Shown here: piece by piece, positions 50,745 to 60,792 of the stretch | Layout of the letters: each line of letters starts with the position of its first letter | Numbering within the stretch: the stretch's first letter is position 1 | NCBI GenBank assembly: GCA_043813525.1 | Contig: JBDRKY010000046.1 | Span: 13,053 to 77,052, forward strand | Source of the DNA: Candidatus Woesearchaeota archaeon | GTDB taxonomy: Archaea > Nanobdellota > Nanobdellia > Woesearchaeales > DSVV01 | Direction: 5' to 3' | DNA: 64,000 nt | Translations under genes and position numbers: made by a program | Notes under the pieces: generated by a model | What the model saw: the letters and a program-made list of their open reading frames with translations, nothing else | Told to the model about the DNA's origin: nothing | The model's database searches: none

Positions 50745-51818
50745 ATGAATCTTACTGAGTTAAAAAGTTTACTAATTTCAGCAAAAAATGAGTTAAATGA
50801 ACAATTAAATCTCAAAAGAAGTAAACAAATTAAATATACAGAAAAGCAATATTTTGAATTAGTCACTTTTTTGAGTTTATGGAATATTGCTGGTGAAGAT
50901 GGAAGCAAGATAATGAATCAAATTGATGATGTTCCATCTGGTGATGCGTTGATGCAACAGCTTCAAAAATTTGCTATTGATGACGTGGAATTTATGTTCA
51001 ATAATATTTATGAAAAACAATTTCTAAAACAATTTAAGAAAAAAAAGAAACATAAAGCAATAGCAATAATTGATGTTCATGAGCAGGAAACTTATAGCAA
51101 AGATAAGCGAAAATCTGATGATATTCGTGGTGGCAAGCATAAGAACGGAACTAATTTTTTCTTTAAATTTGCTACAATCCAACTTATTATCAAGAACAAA
51201 ATAATTACATTGGGTGTAAAAATTCATCGACGAGGAATACATCTTTATAATATAGTAAATGATTTAGTTAAACATGTAAAAAAGTTTGTCAAGATTAAAG
51301 TTTTGTTATTGGATAGAGGTTTTAGAGATGTTGATATTTTCAATCAACTTGAATACCTTAAAATTCCAGTTTTAATGCCATGTATTAAAGATAAAAAAAC
51401 AAGAAAACAATTTGAAAAAGCTGTAAGAAAATTTTCAGTTGTGAAGTATTATTGGAAAAATTGTCGTGGAGAATTTGCAGATTTCAAATTGTTAATGATA
51501 AAACTTGATAATGAAAAAGAGATTGGTTTTTACACAACAATGAGGTATACTTTTCTTCATTCAGTAAGATATTACCTTAATCTTTACGCTAAAAGATGGA
51601 ATATTGAAACAGGTTATCGTCTACAAAAATATTTTCTGCCAAAAACAACATGTGTAAAAGGAGTTGTACGTTATTTTTATTTTTGTTATGCTGTTGCTAT
51701 GCATAATTTATGGCATATAATTAAGATTGTCACCGACAAAGTAACATTTACAGTCACAACAATGAAATTCATTCTGGTTTACTTTTGGATTACCACACAT
51801 TTAAGTTTTGAACTGTGA
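50745..51818 (+). CDS. DDE transposase, IS4/IS5-superfamily-like
   Basis: 357 aa with VLLLDRGFRDVD (second D region) and YAKRWNIETGYRLQK (the Y-x2-R-x3-E-x6-K signature around the catalytic E). It is preceded by 640 bp of non-coding DNA. The TIRs were not confidently identified. Confidence 0.6.
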   Translation: MNLTELKSLLISAKNELNEQLNLKRSKQIKYTEKQYFELVTFLSLWNIAGEDGSKIMNQIDDVPSGDALMQQLQKFAIDDVEFMFNNIYEKQFLKQFKKKKKHKAIAIIDVHEQETYSKDKRKSDDIRGGKHKNGTNFFFKFATIQLIIKNKIITLGVKIHRRGIHLYNIVNDLVKHVKKFVKIKVLLLDRGFRDVDIFNQLEYLKIPVLMPCIKDKKTRKQFEKAVRKFSVVKYYWKNCRGEFADFKLLMIKLDNEKEIGFYTTMRYTFLHSVRYYLNLYAKRWNIETGYRLQKYFLPKTTCVKGVVRYFYFCYAVAMHNLWHIIKIVTDKVTFTVTTMKFILVYFWITTHLSFEL

Positions 51819-52100
51819 ATTTTATGCTAAAAAATCTTATTTTTCTTGTGTTAAAACTCTTGTTTTGATGAAAAATCATTTATTTTTGGAAATAAGATTA
51901 TCAATCACAAAGATTTTTTTGTTATTTAATAAAAAATTTTGATGTTGAACTAAAAAAATAGGAATCAAGAAGCCAAATTTGAACTTTCAAGCCGAACTAC
52001 TGAAGAACATTTAGGGGCGTTGTTTATCACTGGACAATGGCCTAAAAGATTTATATAGTAGTTCATTTATTTACATTTGTATTCAAATGAGGGGTAAAAT

Positions 52101-52241
52101 ATGGCACAGAAAAATGTAACATTAAGTCTTGATGAAAATATTTACGATAATTATAAAGAATTTTGTAAAAAAAATGCAATAGCTTTATCAAGAAGTATAG
52201 AAGTTTTTATGGAAACAAAATCAAAAAAAGAGGAAAAATGA
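52101..52241 (+). CDS. small ribbon-helix-helix/CopG-like protein, candidate controller of the adjacent R-M genes
   Basis: 46 aa, MAQKNVTLSLDENIYDNYKEFCKKNAIALSRSIEVFMETKSKKEEK. Its stop overlaps the methyltransferase start (ATGA). Confidence 0.45.
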   Translation: MAQKNVTLSLDENIYDNYKEFCKKNAIALSRSIEVFMETKSKKEEK

Positions 52242-53839
52242 ATCAAGCATTAATATCAATGGGTGAAGCATCGAAATGGGCGTCAGAATATTTAGATAGA
52301 CCTGTCACTCAATCAAATATAAGTTATTTAATTCAATATGCTAAAATAAAAAAATACTATGATGAGCAAAAGAAAATAAAGATTAATCAAGATGAGTTAA
52401 AAAAGTATTATGATAAAGAAGTTGTACAAAAACAGCAACAATGGAAAAGTAAATTAGGTAAGGATTTAAATTGGGGGCTATCTTTTTCAAATTTAAGAGA
52501 AACAGATACTACAAAGCATGTTCATAGATTGCATCCCTATAAAGGAAAATTTATCCCTCAATTGGTTGAGTATTTTTTGGATTCTCATCTAAATACTTTC
52601 AAAAAACAAATATTTTTCAAGGAAGGAGATATTATTCTTGATCCTTTTATGGGAAGTGGAACAACACTCATACAATCATCAGAACTAGGTTTGCATTCAA
52701 TAGGCATAGATGTTTCAGATTTTAATTGTTTAATCTCTAAAGTGAAAATTGGAAAATATGATTTATCAAGATTGGATAAATTAGCAAGAGATATTTGTTT
52801 TAAGACAAGAGAATTTAGTCAAGATGTTTTTGATGATTCTTTCGATATGCAATTAAAAGAAAGATTGAGCGAGTTTAATAAAAATAATTTCCCAAATCCT
52901 GAATTCAAGAATAAAGTTAGAAAAGGTTTTATCAATAACGAAAAGGAATATGGAGAAGAAAAACTTAAACAATTCTTAAAAGAAAATAGAGAATTCTTTG
53001 AAGAAAATGGAACAAAAAACAAATCCAGATTATTAAATGAAAAAGATATGAACAGTTTTTTGAGTAAGTGGTTTTCAAAAAGAGTTAAACAAGAATTATT
53101 TTATTATATTAGATTTTTAGGCAAAATTGAAGATAAACAATTAAAAAATGTTTTAAGAATAATTCTAAGTAGAACTGCTCGTTCATGCAGAGCAACAAGA
53201 CACGCTGATTTGGCAACATTAAAAGAACCTCAAGTTGGACCATACTATTGTAGAAAGCATAAAAAATTATGTACCCCAATCAATTCCATTATTAAACATT
53301 TGATTAGATACACCTATGACACTACAAAAAGATTAAATGAATTTTCAGACATTAGAAAAAATGTTAATTCTGGAGTCATTCATGGAGATTCAAGAGAAGT
53401 AAACATTTTTGAAGAAATTAAAAAACAAAATCCAGAATTTTTTAAGTTATTAGAGAATAATAAAATAGCAGGGATTTTTACCTCTCCGCCTTATGTTGGA
53501 CAAATTGATTATCATGAGCAACATGCATATTCTTATGAATTATTTGATATTCCAAGAAAAGATGATAAAGAAATTGGACCTTTGTATAAGGGGCAAGGGA
53601 AACAAGCAAGAGATGAATATGTTGAAGGAATAAGTAATGTTTTAATCAATATAGGAAAATTTGTTAAAAATGATGGAGATTATTTCATAGTCGCAAATGA
53701 TAAATATAATTTGTATCCATTAATCGCAGAAAAAAGCAATTTAAAAATTGTTGATAAATTTAAAAGACCTGTTTTAAACAGAACAGAAAAAGATAGACAA
53801 CCTTATGCTGAAATAATATTTTATATGAAGAAAAAATGA
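52238..53839 (+). CDS. DNA methyltransferase (N6-adenine/N4-cytosine amino-MTase, alpha-class motif order)
   Basis: 533 aa. Motif I DPFMGSGTTL near residue 135 and motif IV IFTSPPYVGQIDY near residue 410, with a long intervening region (TRD). Confidence 0.75.
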   Translation: MNQALISMGEASKWASEYLDRPVTQSNISYLIQYAKIKKYYDEQKKIKINQDELKKYYDKEVVQKQQQWKSKLGKDLNWGLSFSNLRETDTTKHVHRLHPYKGKFIPQLVEYFLDSHLNTFKKQIFFKEGDIILDPFMGSGTTLIQSSELGLHSIGIDVSDFNCLISKVKIGKYDLSRLDKLARDICFKTREFSQDVFDDSFDMQLKERLSEFNKNNFPNPEFKNKVRKGFINNEKEYGEEKLKQFLKENREFFEENGTKNKSRLLNEKDMNSFLSKWFSKRVKQELFYYIRFLGKIEDKQLKNVLRIILSRTARSCRATRHADLATLKEPQVGPYYCRKHKKLCTPINSIIKHLIRYTYDTTKRLNEFSDIRKNVNSGVIHGDSREVNIFEEIKKQNPEFFKLLENNKIAGIFTSPPYVGQIDYHEQHAYSYELFDIPRKDDKEIGPLYKGQGKQARDEYVEGISNVLINIGKFVKNDGDYFIVANDKYNLYPLIAEKSNLKIVDKFKRPVLNRTEKDRQPYAEIIFYMKKK

Positions 53840-54327
53840 CAGATAGAGAACATCTTCCAGCAGAACTAAAAAGAAAAATATTGGTAGAGGCAGGACATTG
53901 CTGTGCTATACCTTCATGTAGATTTCTTACAACAGAAATAGCTCATATTGAACCCTATGAGAAGGTCAAATAACACAAGTATGAAAATCTAATAGCTATA
54001 TGCCCAAATTGCCATACAAGAGCAGACAAGAAAGAAATTGATAGAAAATCGTTGAAAATATATAAAAGAATCTTACAACGATTAACTGATAAATATGACA
54101 GATTTGAACTAAATGTCTTAAGTGAATTGCATCATGGAAGAAATGTAATTATGGCTGGAAATATGCTTCTACTCATAAAGAACCTATTGGATGAAAATCT
54201 TGTAAATGTAAATGGTGGCGGGGTTATTATTGAGGGGATTCCAAGTAATGTCAGAGTATCATTAACACAAATAGGTGATCAATTTATACGGGAATGGATT
54301 TCTGCAAAAGAGGAATTAACTTATTAA
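53836..54327 (+). pseudogene. HNH endonuclease gene interrupted by a single in-frame TAA (53971-53973)
   Basis: It starts with ATGA overlap to the MTase stop. It reads ...GHCCAIPSCRFLTTEIAHIEPYEKVK-stop-HKYENLIAICPNCHTRADKKEIDRK..., so the C-x2-C...H...N...C-x2-C-H HNH-zinc motif is split by the stop. The same frame then continues open to 54327. Confidence 0.55.
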
Positions 54328-54333
54328 GAAAAT

Positions 54334-55158
54334 TTAAACATCCATTTTTTCTTCGGCAACTTCTTTAATTTTAGTTTGTATTTTTTCCTTAAACTCTTTT
54401 CCCACTTCATCAAAAATATCAAGAATCTCTTTATATGTTCCTTCTCCACCCAATAACTTCCAGAATTTTTCAGCAACATAAAGCTCTTTTTCTTCATCCA
54501 AATAACCTTGCATTGTAAATCTGCTATATGATTCTGGGTGGTAAGGATTGTAAGGAATTGCTAAGATTGTATTTACTTTCTTTTTTCTAAGTGCTACCCA
54601 TTCCAACAATTTTTGTTTTGATTTGACAAAAACATCTATATTTGGTTTGGCTGTTTTTATTTCAATATAATACTCATCATTTCCTTTTTTTAGAAATAAA
54701 TCTGCTCTAATTTTTATTTTTCTTCCGCCATTATTATTACACTTTAAAATTTCACTAATTTCCTGTTCTTCATTCGCTTTCCTAGTTCCATTTTTTATTT
54801 CCTGTAGAATTTGAGATATTACTGTATTTTCTTCGTTTGTAATTTCCCCTTCAACATCATAGCCCGTTTTAACTTCATCATAACTTGTTAATGCTACAAT
54901 TTCAGAGATTTTTTCATAAATTGACATTCCTAAGGTTGTAGCTAATGAATGGATGAAAGAATATGCAGCTACTTTTTCAGAATCTTGCATAAGTTTTGCT
55001 AAAAAAGGCATAGATGTTGTTTCTCTTGCATACTTGGATAGTTTGTCATTTAGTTTAGTTCTTAATAATTCCTTGATTTTCTCTACTTGTTCTTTATTCA
55101 GTGCCATATTTAAATAAAGATAGACTTTCATATATAAATGTTCTTCTGTTTTGTACAT
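54334..55158 (-). CDS. putative type II restriction endonuclease (PD-(D/E)xK, TdeIII-like)
   Basis: 274 aa with IRADLFLKKGNDEYYIEIKTAKPN (the D...E-x-K catalytic pattern). It is convergent with and adjacent to the MTase locus. Confidence 0.45.
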   Translation of the reverse strand: MYKTEEHLYMKVYLYLNMALNKEQVEKIKELLRTKLNDKLSKYARETTSMPFLAKLMQDSEKVAAYSFIHSLATTLGMSIYEKISEIVALTSYDEVKTGYDVEGEITNEENTVISQILQEIKNGTRKANEEQEISEILKCNNNGGRKIKIRADLFLKKGNDEYYIEIKTAKPNIDVFVKSKQKLLEWVALRKKKVNTILAIPYNPYHPESYSRFTMQGYLDEEKELYVAEKFWKLLGGEGTYKEILDIFDEVGKEFKEKIQTKIKEVAEEKMDV

Positions 55159-55481
55159 GCATAGCTCCTTTTAAGGATATTGTTACTGCCTTTAAATTTA
55201 TAGTAGGGACTTATCAGCTTGCTGATATTCGGAACGGAAATCCTACTTAGCTTAGCAGCAAGAGCTTTTGTGCTGCCAATCTTCAGCATCGAAAACTTGA
55301 TTAAATCTTTGTTAGCAAGTCTGCAAAATTATTTATTTGTTTTCGATGCCGAATACAACCAAGTTTGAAATGTGCTGAAGATAACAAGAAGGCAGCACAA
55401 AAGCTCTCAGCTCAGAAGGTTGTAGGATTTCCGTCCCTACTATTGGCAGTAACAATATCCCAGTTAGGAGCTATGCATGTA
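55153..55481. repeat. about 330-bp hairpin element with long inverted termini (GTACATGCATAGCTCC...GGATATTGTTACTGCC...TAGTAGGGAC and their complements), left arm overlapping the start codon of the REase-like gene
   Basis: The left arm at 55153-55210 is reverse-complementary to 55431-55481. The inner parts are GGAACGGAAATCCTAC / GTAGGATTTCCGTCC and CAGCAAGAGCTTTTGTGCTGCC / GGCAGCACAAAAGCTCT. Confidence 0.6.
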
Positions 55482-55641
55482 CTCTGTTTTTGTTTTTTAA
55501 GGCACCCCTAATAAAATTTCTTTTTCGTAGAAAAAGACAATATGTGCGAAGCACTGACGCCCCTTCTTATAAATTCTTTTACGAAGTAGGCACAGTATCA
55601 AATTCTCGTGAAATATAAATAGTAGTAGTCATCTTGTTTTA

Positions 55642-55950
55642 GTATGTAGAAAGTCTCTTAATAAGGAATATTATTGCAGCCAGTTTTCATCATGGAAATC
55701 AAAAACTCAATCGTCACAATGGGTGGGGTATGTTTTTTGACATAAACTGATAAGATTGGGTTTTTGGTTAGTAGAATTTACCCATTATTATTGAGTTTAC
55801 CCAATTACCCTGAGGGATGGGGTAAATTCTAGTAAATCTTACAATTAAAATCATAAGGGAGCTCCATACCTTAATGTCTCACGACCTGTATTGTGATAAA
55901 AACAAACATAAGGCAGCAATAATATTCTAAAAAGGAGACTTTCTACATAC
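55642..55950. mobile_element. MITE copy 3 (309 bp, variant core) with TIRs GTATGTAGAAAGTCTC...GAGACTTTCTACATAC
   Basis: The first approximately 50 bp and the last approximately 45 bp match the ends of copies 1 and 2 (AATAAGGAATATTATTGCAGCCAGTTTTCATCA ... AACAAACATAAGGCAGCAATAATAT). The internal sequence is unrelated. Confidence 0.65.
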
Positions 55951-55998
55951 AAAAATTAGACATATTTATATATATATATATACATAATAAAATAAATC

Positions 55999-57333
55999 AT
56001 GCTAAAAGAAGCTATATTTATACTCAAAAGACGTCTAAAAGGTAGAAAAGCTATCAAAAAATACAAAGGCAGCCATGCAAAAATATGCAGACAAATAATA
56101 AATTCTTGTTTCAATGGACTCTTTTTTCAGATAAGTACAGGCAATTTTGCTAATTTTTATATCCGTGATTTTGGGATGTGTGTAAGATCACTGCTAAAAT
56201 TAGGGTATAAAGATGAAGTATACAAAACATTAACTTTCGCATTGAGCAATTATGCTGAACATGGCAAGGTAACAACAACAATAACACCTGTCATATCTGT
56301 TTTCAAAGCCAATATTATGACAGATAAAAGCTATCAGAAAAATGCAGCCAATAAAAAGATCTCAGAAAAAGATTATTATGACTTCATTTGGGGAAGAAAT
56401 GAACATAATCATTGCAGAGATTTCTTTGATATTGCTCCTGACAGCCTTGCATTTCTGCTATATTCACTTAGGATATCCCAGTCAAAAGCTTTGGTTTCAG
56501 CATATAAGCCTTTTTTGAAAAGAGAGCTCAATAGATATTTTGAGATTATTGTTGATAAAGAAACAGGTTTAGTAAAAAACATTAATAATATCAGGAAAAA
56601 TAGCAAAAATAAAGGGATTTATTTCTCGTCTATAAAAGATCATGCAATAAGAAACAGCAGCTGTTATGATAATTGTATGTTAGGGATGATAAGTGCTGAA
56701 GCTAAAAAATTAAAGCTATTTGATCAAGAGACTGAAAACCCTTTTGCTAAATTTAATTATACAGAACTTATAAAAAAATATTTTTGGGATGTGAAAAAAA
56801 ATAGATATGGTTATTTCAAAGATGACTTAAACAACAATGTTCCAACAGGAGATGCAAATGTCTTTCCATACTGGTGCGGAATATTTGGTATTAAAGGGAA
56901 AAACATGTCTGAAGAGATTAAGATGTTAAATCAGTCTGTTAAAGCTATACAAAATAATGGATTAGACAAACCATTCCCGCTTAAATATTCACAGCATAAC
57001 CCGAATAGGTATGGAAATTTTCTATTTTTGCCGTCTTTATTCGCTCCAAACTATGAAGGAAATGCAGTCTGGATGCATCTTGGCCTATGTTATCTTGATG
57101 TCATCGCAGATGCAGCAGAAAATATGAAAAATAAAAAAGAAAAAATATATTACAAAAAGCTTTTAAAAAAATATTTAAATCAATATACAAAGCAGATAAA
57201 CATATATAATAATTTCCTTGAAGTATATAGTGTTGATAAGCAAGATAAGCAGGCAAAACCATACACATCATTGTTTTATCTATGTGATGATTCAATGCTA
57301 TGGTGCTGTAAGTATCTGGAAATGATAAAATAA
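55999..57333 (+). CDS. hypothetical protein
   Basis: 444-aa ORF. No secure motif. Confidence 0.45.
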   Translation: MLKEAIFILKRRLKGRKAIKKYKGSHAKICRQIINSCFNGLFFQISTGNFANFYIRDFGMCVRSLLKLGYKDEVYKTLTFALSNYAEHGKVTTTITPVISVFKANIMTDKSYQKNAANKKISEKDYYDFIWGRNEHNHCRDFFDIAPDSLAFLLYSLRISQSKALVSAYKPFLKRELNRYFEIIVDKETGLVKNINNIRKNSKNKGIYFSSIKDHAIRNSSCYDNCMLGMISAEAKKLKLFDQETENPFAKFNYTELIKKYFWDVKKNRYGYFKDDLNNNVPTGDANVFPYWCGIFGIKGKNMSEEIKMLNQSVKAIQNNGLDKPFPLKYSQHNPNRYGNFLFLPSLFAPNYEGNAVWMHLGLCYLDVIADAAENMKNKKEKIYYKKLLKKYLNQYTKQINIYNNFLEVYSVDKQDKQAKPYTSLFYLCDDSMLWCCKYLEMIK

Positions 57334-57349
57334 TCTATAATAAAAGAAA

Positions 57350-58204
57350 ATGAAAACAACAGATCCTGAAAGAAAATATTTCACGACAAAACAGGGCTAT
57401 AAGATATTCTACCTGATAAAAAGATTCAATAACAGCAAGCCATTCATATATTTCCAGCACGGATTGACAGGCAATCATACTGTATGGAAAGGGCATATGG
57501 ATTATATGATTGAGCATAAGCAGCCTTTCATAATAATTGATCTTCTCGGACATGGATTATCACAGAAAGCTATTGGAAAAGACTGTTATTCTGTGAAAAA
57601 CTATGGAGATTATCTCCTACAGGTATTAGAGCATGAGAAGATAAAGGATTACTTCATGATAGGTCAATGTTTTGGCGGGATGATTGGTCTGTATAATGAG
57701 ATCCATAGGAAAACAAAGTCAAAAGCATTAGTGCTCATAGGTGTTCCTTTAAGAAATCCTGCAAAACATTTTGTGCATAGATGGGCAGAGCCATTCAGCC
57801 CTCTGCTGAGAGTCATCCTTACTTACATCCCTGTCACATTAGGCTGGTTATTCGGCAGGAAAAGATATCCTCTGATCAATTACAATAACCATACCAAAAG
57901 AGGCAGAATCTCTATTTTTCTTTTGGACATGATCGGCACTCCAAAAATAGCATATGGCTGGACACTTTACAGCATGTCTTACACAAATCTTGCTCCGCAC
58001 CTGAAAAAAGTGAAAAAACCTGTCATGTTAGTATATGGTGAAGGTGACCTTAAATGGATGAAAGAACCTTATGCACAGATGAAAGAAGCATTTGACAATC
58101 CAAAAACAGTAATACTTAAAAATGTAGACCACCTAGTGACTATGAGAGCACCAATCCAGCTGAGCAAAGAGATAATTAAGTTTATGAAAGAGATTAAGAA
58201 ATGA
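57350..58204 (+). CDS. alpha/beta-hydrolase fold protein
   Basis: 284 aa with FQHGLTGNH (oxyanion region) and the nucleophile-elbow-like GQCFGG, plus a C-terminal VDHLV histidine region. Confidence 0.6.
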   Translation: MKTTDPERKYFTTKQGYKIFYLIKRFNNSKPFIYFQHGLTGNHTVWKGHMDYMIEHKQPFIIIDLLGHGLSQKAIGKDCYSVKNYGDYLLQVLEHEKIKDYFMIGQCFGGMIGLYNEIHRKTKSKALVLIGVPLRNPAKHFVHRWAEPFSPLLRVILTYIPVTLGWLFGRKRYPLINYNNHTKRGRISIFLLDMIGTPKIAYGWTLYSMSYTNLAPHLKKVKKPVMLVYGEGDLKWMKEPYAQMKEAFDNPKTVILKNVDHLVTMRAPIQLSKEIIKFMKEIKK

Positions 58205-58920
58205 TTTCAATAATAATCCCAACATTGAATGAAGAAAAGTACATCAATAAACTTTTGAGCAGCCTGAAGAATCAGTTCTATAAGAATTTTGAGGTCATTG
58301 TTGTTGATGCCGGCTCTACAGATGAGACTGAAAAGGTTGTGAACAAATTCAAACATAGATTCAAGAGACTGGATTTCGTAATGTTAGGTGAGAAAAATGT
58401 ATCTAAACAGAGGAATATTGGAGCAAGGGTCTCTGTTGGCGAGATTCTTGTGTTTCTTGATGCAGATATTATAGTCTATGACCAGCATTTCCTCTCTAAT
58501 ATCGTCAAGATATTCAGGTATAAGAAAAAATGTGGAGGCATAATGACTTATGTATATGTTGATCCTAAAGAAGAGATATTGATAGACAAGATATTCCATA
58601 CTATTAATAATTCTTGGTTAAGTATCCTGAACACAATAGGTTTCCCAATCATGAGAGGGGGATCAATGGTAGTGAAAAAAGAATATTTTGATAAGATCAA
58701 AGGTTTTAATGAGAATATGTATGTTGCTGAAGACATTGATTTCTCTAAGAGATTAAGAAGTGCTGCAAAAGTAAGGAATAGCAGGCTTATTGTTTCTGAA
58801 TCAGCCAGAAGATATCGCAGAGATGGCTACATCAAATTATGGTGGCAATGGACTGTGAATGGCATATGGTGTTTCTTGTTTGGTAAATCTTATCTTAAAA
58901 AATGGAATCCAGTGAGGTAA
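58201..58920 (+). CDS. family 2 glycosyltransferase
   Basis: 239 aa with ISIIIPTLNEEKYI, VVDAGSTDET and FLDADI (DxD) motifs. Its start overlaps the previous gene (ATGA). Confidence 0.75.
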   Translation: MISIIIPTLNEEKYINKLLSSLKNQFYKNFEVIVVDAGSTDETEKVVNKFKHRFKRLDFVMLGEKNVSKQRNIGARVSVGEILVFLDADIIVYDQHFLSNIVKIFRYKKKCGGIMTYVYVDPKEEILIDKIFHTINNSWLSILNTIGFPIMRGGSMVVKKEYFDKIKGFNENMYVAEDIDFSKRLRSAAKVRNSRLIVSESARRYRRDGYIKLWWQWTVNGIWCFLFGKSYLKKWNPVR

Positions 58921-58956
58921 TTAGTTAGTCGTATCTCTAACAAATTTATAAAAAAG

Positions 58957-60060
58957 ATGGCAAAAATATTATATGCGTTATCAGGTGAGGGTTATGGGCA
59001 TGCAACAAGAACCAAAGTGATTCTTGATGCTTTATCTAAATTTAATAAGTTAAATGATAATAATAATAAATCAGATAATCATGAGATAAAAATAATCTGC
59101 GGCGGAAAAGCTTACCAATATCTTTCTGAACATTATAAGGATATAATAAAGATACAATCAATGCATATAAAATATAAGAACAATAAGGTAAGTGGTCTTG
59201 GCACTTTTCTTCTTAACCTGAAAACATTGCCTGAACAAGTCAATTCATATTTTATAATTAAGAAAGCTATAAAATCTTTCAGACCAGATGTGATAATAAA
59301 TGATTTTGAGAATCTAAGCGCATATGCTGCTATGTTCAATAATATACCATTGATATCAATTGGAAATCATCATGTGATATCAAATGCAGAGCATAAAATA
59401 AGCCAAAAATATTTATGGGTATTATTCAAATCACTTGTTGTCATAAGATATTTTAACCCTAAAATAGATTATCATTATATCACTTCATTTTTTTTTCCAA
59501 AATTTAAAAATAAATATTCATCTAATTCTGGGTATTTGCCAATATTAATAAGAGAGGATATTAAAAAATTAAAGCCAACTATTAAGAAAAATCATGTTCT
59601 CGTATACCAAACATCAAAAACAAATCAAAAGTTATTTGATGTACTGAAAAAATTCAAAAAAATATTTATAATATATGGGTTTAATATTGATAAAGAAGAA
59701 GGTAATCTTCAATTCAAACAATTTAATGAGAAAGAGTTTTATAATGATCTTTCTGGGTGTGAAGCTGTCATTGCAAATGGAGGATATAGTTTGATGAGTG
59801 AAGCATTATATCTGAAAAAGCCTTATCTGGCAGAACCTATCAAAGAACAATTTGAACAGATATTGAATGCAATTTATCTTCAGAAAAAAGGGTATGGAAT
59901 GTTTGTTGAAAATCTGGATGAAAGACATATTAAAGAATTCTTTCTAAGATTAGATAAATACAGAAAGAATATGAATATGATAGATAATAAAAAGATTGAC
60001 AAAGAATTTTATGATTCAATCAAAAGGATTAATATGAAGATTAGAGAGTTAAGTCGATGA
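58957..60060 (+). CDS. GT1/GT28-type (MurG/UDP-glycosyltransferase-like) glycosyltransferase
   Basis: 367 aa. The N-terminal YALSGEGYGHATRT glycine-rich motif and the C-terminal GGYSLMSEALYLKKPYL are typical of the GT-B family. Confidence 0.6.
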   Translation: MAKILYALSGEGYGHATRTKVILDALSKFNKLNDNNNKSDNHEIKIICGGKAYQYLSEHYKDIIKIQSMHIKYKNNKVSGLGTFLLNLKTLPEQVNSYFIIKKAIKSFRPDVIINDFENLSAYAAMFNNIPLISIGNHHVISNAEHKISQKYLWVLFKSLVVIRYFNPKIDYHYITSFFFPKFKNKYSSNSGYLPILIREDIKKLKPTIKKNHVLVYQTSKTNQKLFDVLKKFKKIFIIYGFNIDKEEGNLQFKQFNEKEFYNDLSGCEAVIANGGYSLMSEALYLKKPYLAEPIKEQFEQILNAIYLQKKGYGMFVENLDERHIKEFFLRLDKYRKNMNMIDNKKIDKEFYDSIKRINMKIRELSR

Positions 60061-60108
60061 AATAATGAATTAATTGTGATAAGGTAATGAAAAACACAAG
60101 GTGATAAA

Positions 60109-60768
60109 ATGATACTGATATTATTGGGGCCTCCTGGCTCAGGAAAAGGTACACAGGCAAAGATGCTGATGGAAAAATATGGAATTCCACAGATATCAAC
60201 TGGTGATATATTGAGAGCAGAGGCTGCAAAAGGCAGTGAACTTGGCAGAAAAGCTAAAGAGATAATGGATTCTGGAAAACTTGTCAGTGATGAGATCATA
60301 TTAGACATAATCGAAAAAAGAATCAATGAAGATGACTGCAAGAAAGGCTTTATCCTTGATGGTTTTCCAAGGACAATTGTGCAGGCAGATGGATTAAAAA
60401 AACTATTAGGCAGGAATAAGCTAAAGCTTGATAAAGTCATCAATGTCAATGTAAAGGACAATATTGTCGTGGAAAGAATATCCGGAAGATGGACATGCAA
60501 AGAGTGTGAGGCAATTTTCAACACATTTACAAACCCGCCAAAAAAAAAAGGAATATGTAATCAATGCAAAGGCGAGCTTTATCAGAGAGAAGACCAAAAA
60601 GAAAATGTTGTCAAAGACAGGCTGAAAGTGTACAGAGAACAGACAAAGCCATTGATTGATTATTACAAGAACAATGATACTTATAAAAAAGCAGGTGTTT
60701 TTGCTGAGATTAACGGCTCACTTGTGATTAAAAAAGTGTTTGAAACCATTGTAAAAGTTTTAGACTGA
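60109..60768 (+). CDS. adk: adenylate kinase (long type with zinc-binding lid)
   Basis: The P-loop ILLGPPGSGKGTQA, GDILRAE, and the lid C-x2-C...C-x2-C (CKECEAIF...CNQCKG). Confidence 0.9.
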   Translation: MILILLGPPGSGKGTQAKMLMEKYGIPQISTGDILRAEAAKGSELGRKAKEIMDSGKLVSDEIILDIIEKRINEDDCKKGFILDGFPRTIVQADGLKKLLGRNKLKLDKVINVNVKDNIVVERISGRWTCKECEAIFNTFTNPPKKKGICNQCKGELYQREDQKENVVKDRLKVYREQTKPLIDYYKNNDTYKKAGVFAEINGSLVIKKVFETIVKVLD

Positions 60769-60792
60769 TTTTTTTATCTCTTATTCTTGCAA

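Noticed and set aside
53971-53973. In-frame TAA in the HNH gene as evidence of stop-codon reassignment
   Set aside because: TAA, TAG and TGA each terminate multiple confidently identified genes in the window (for example rpoE with TAA, mutS with TAG, adk with TGA). A nonsense mutation or sequencing error is the simpler explanation.
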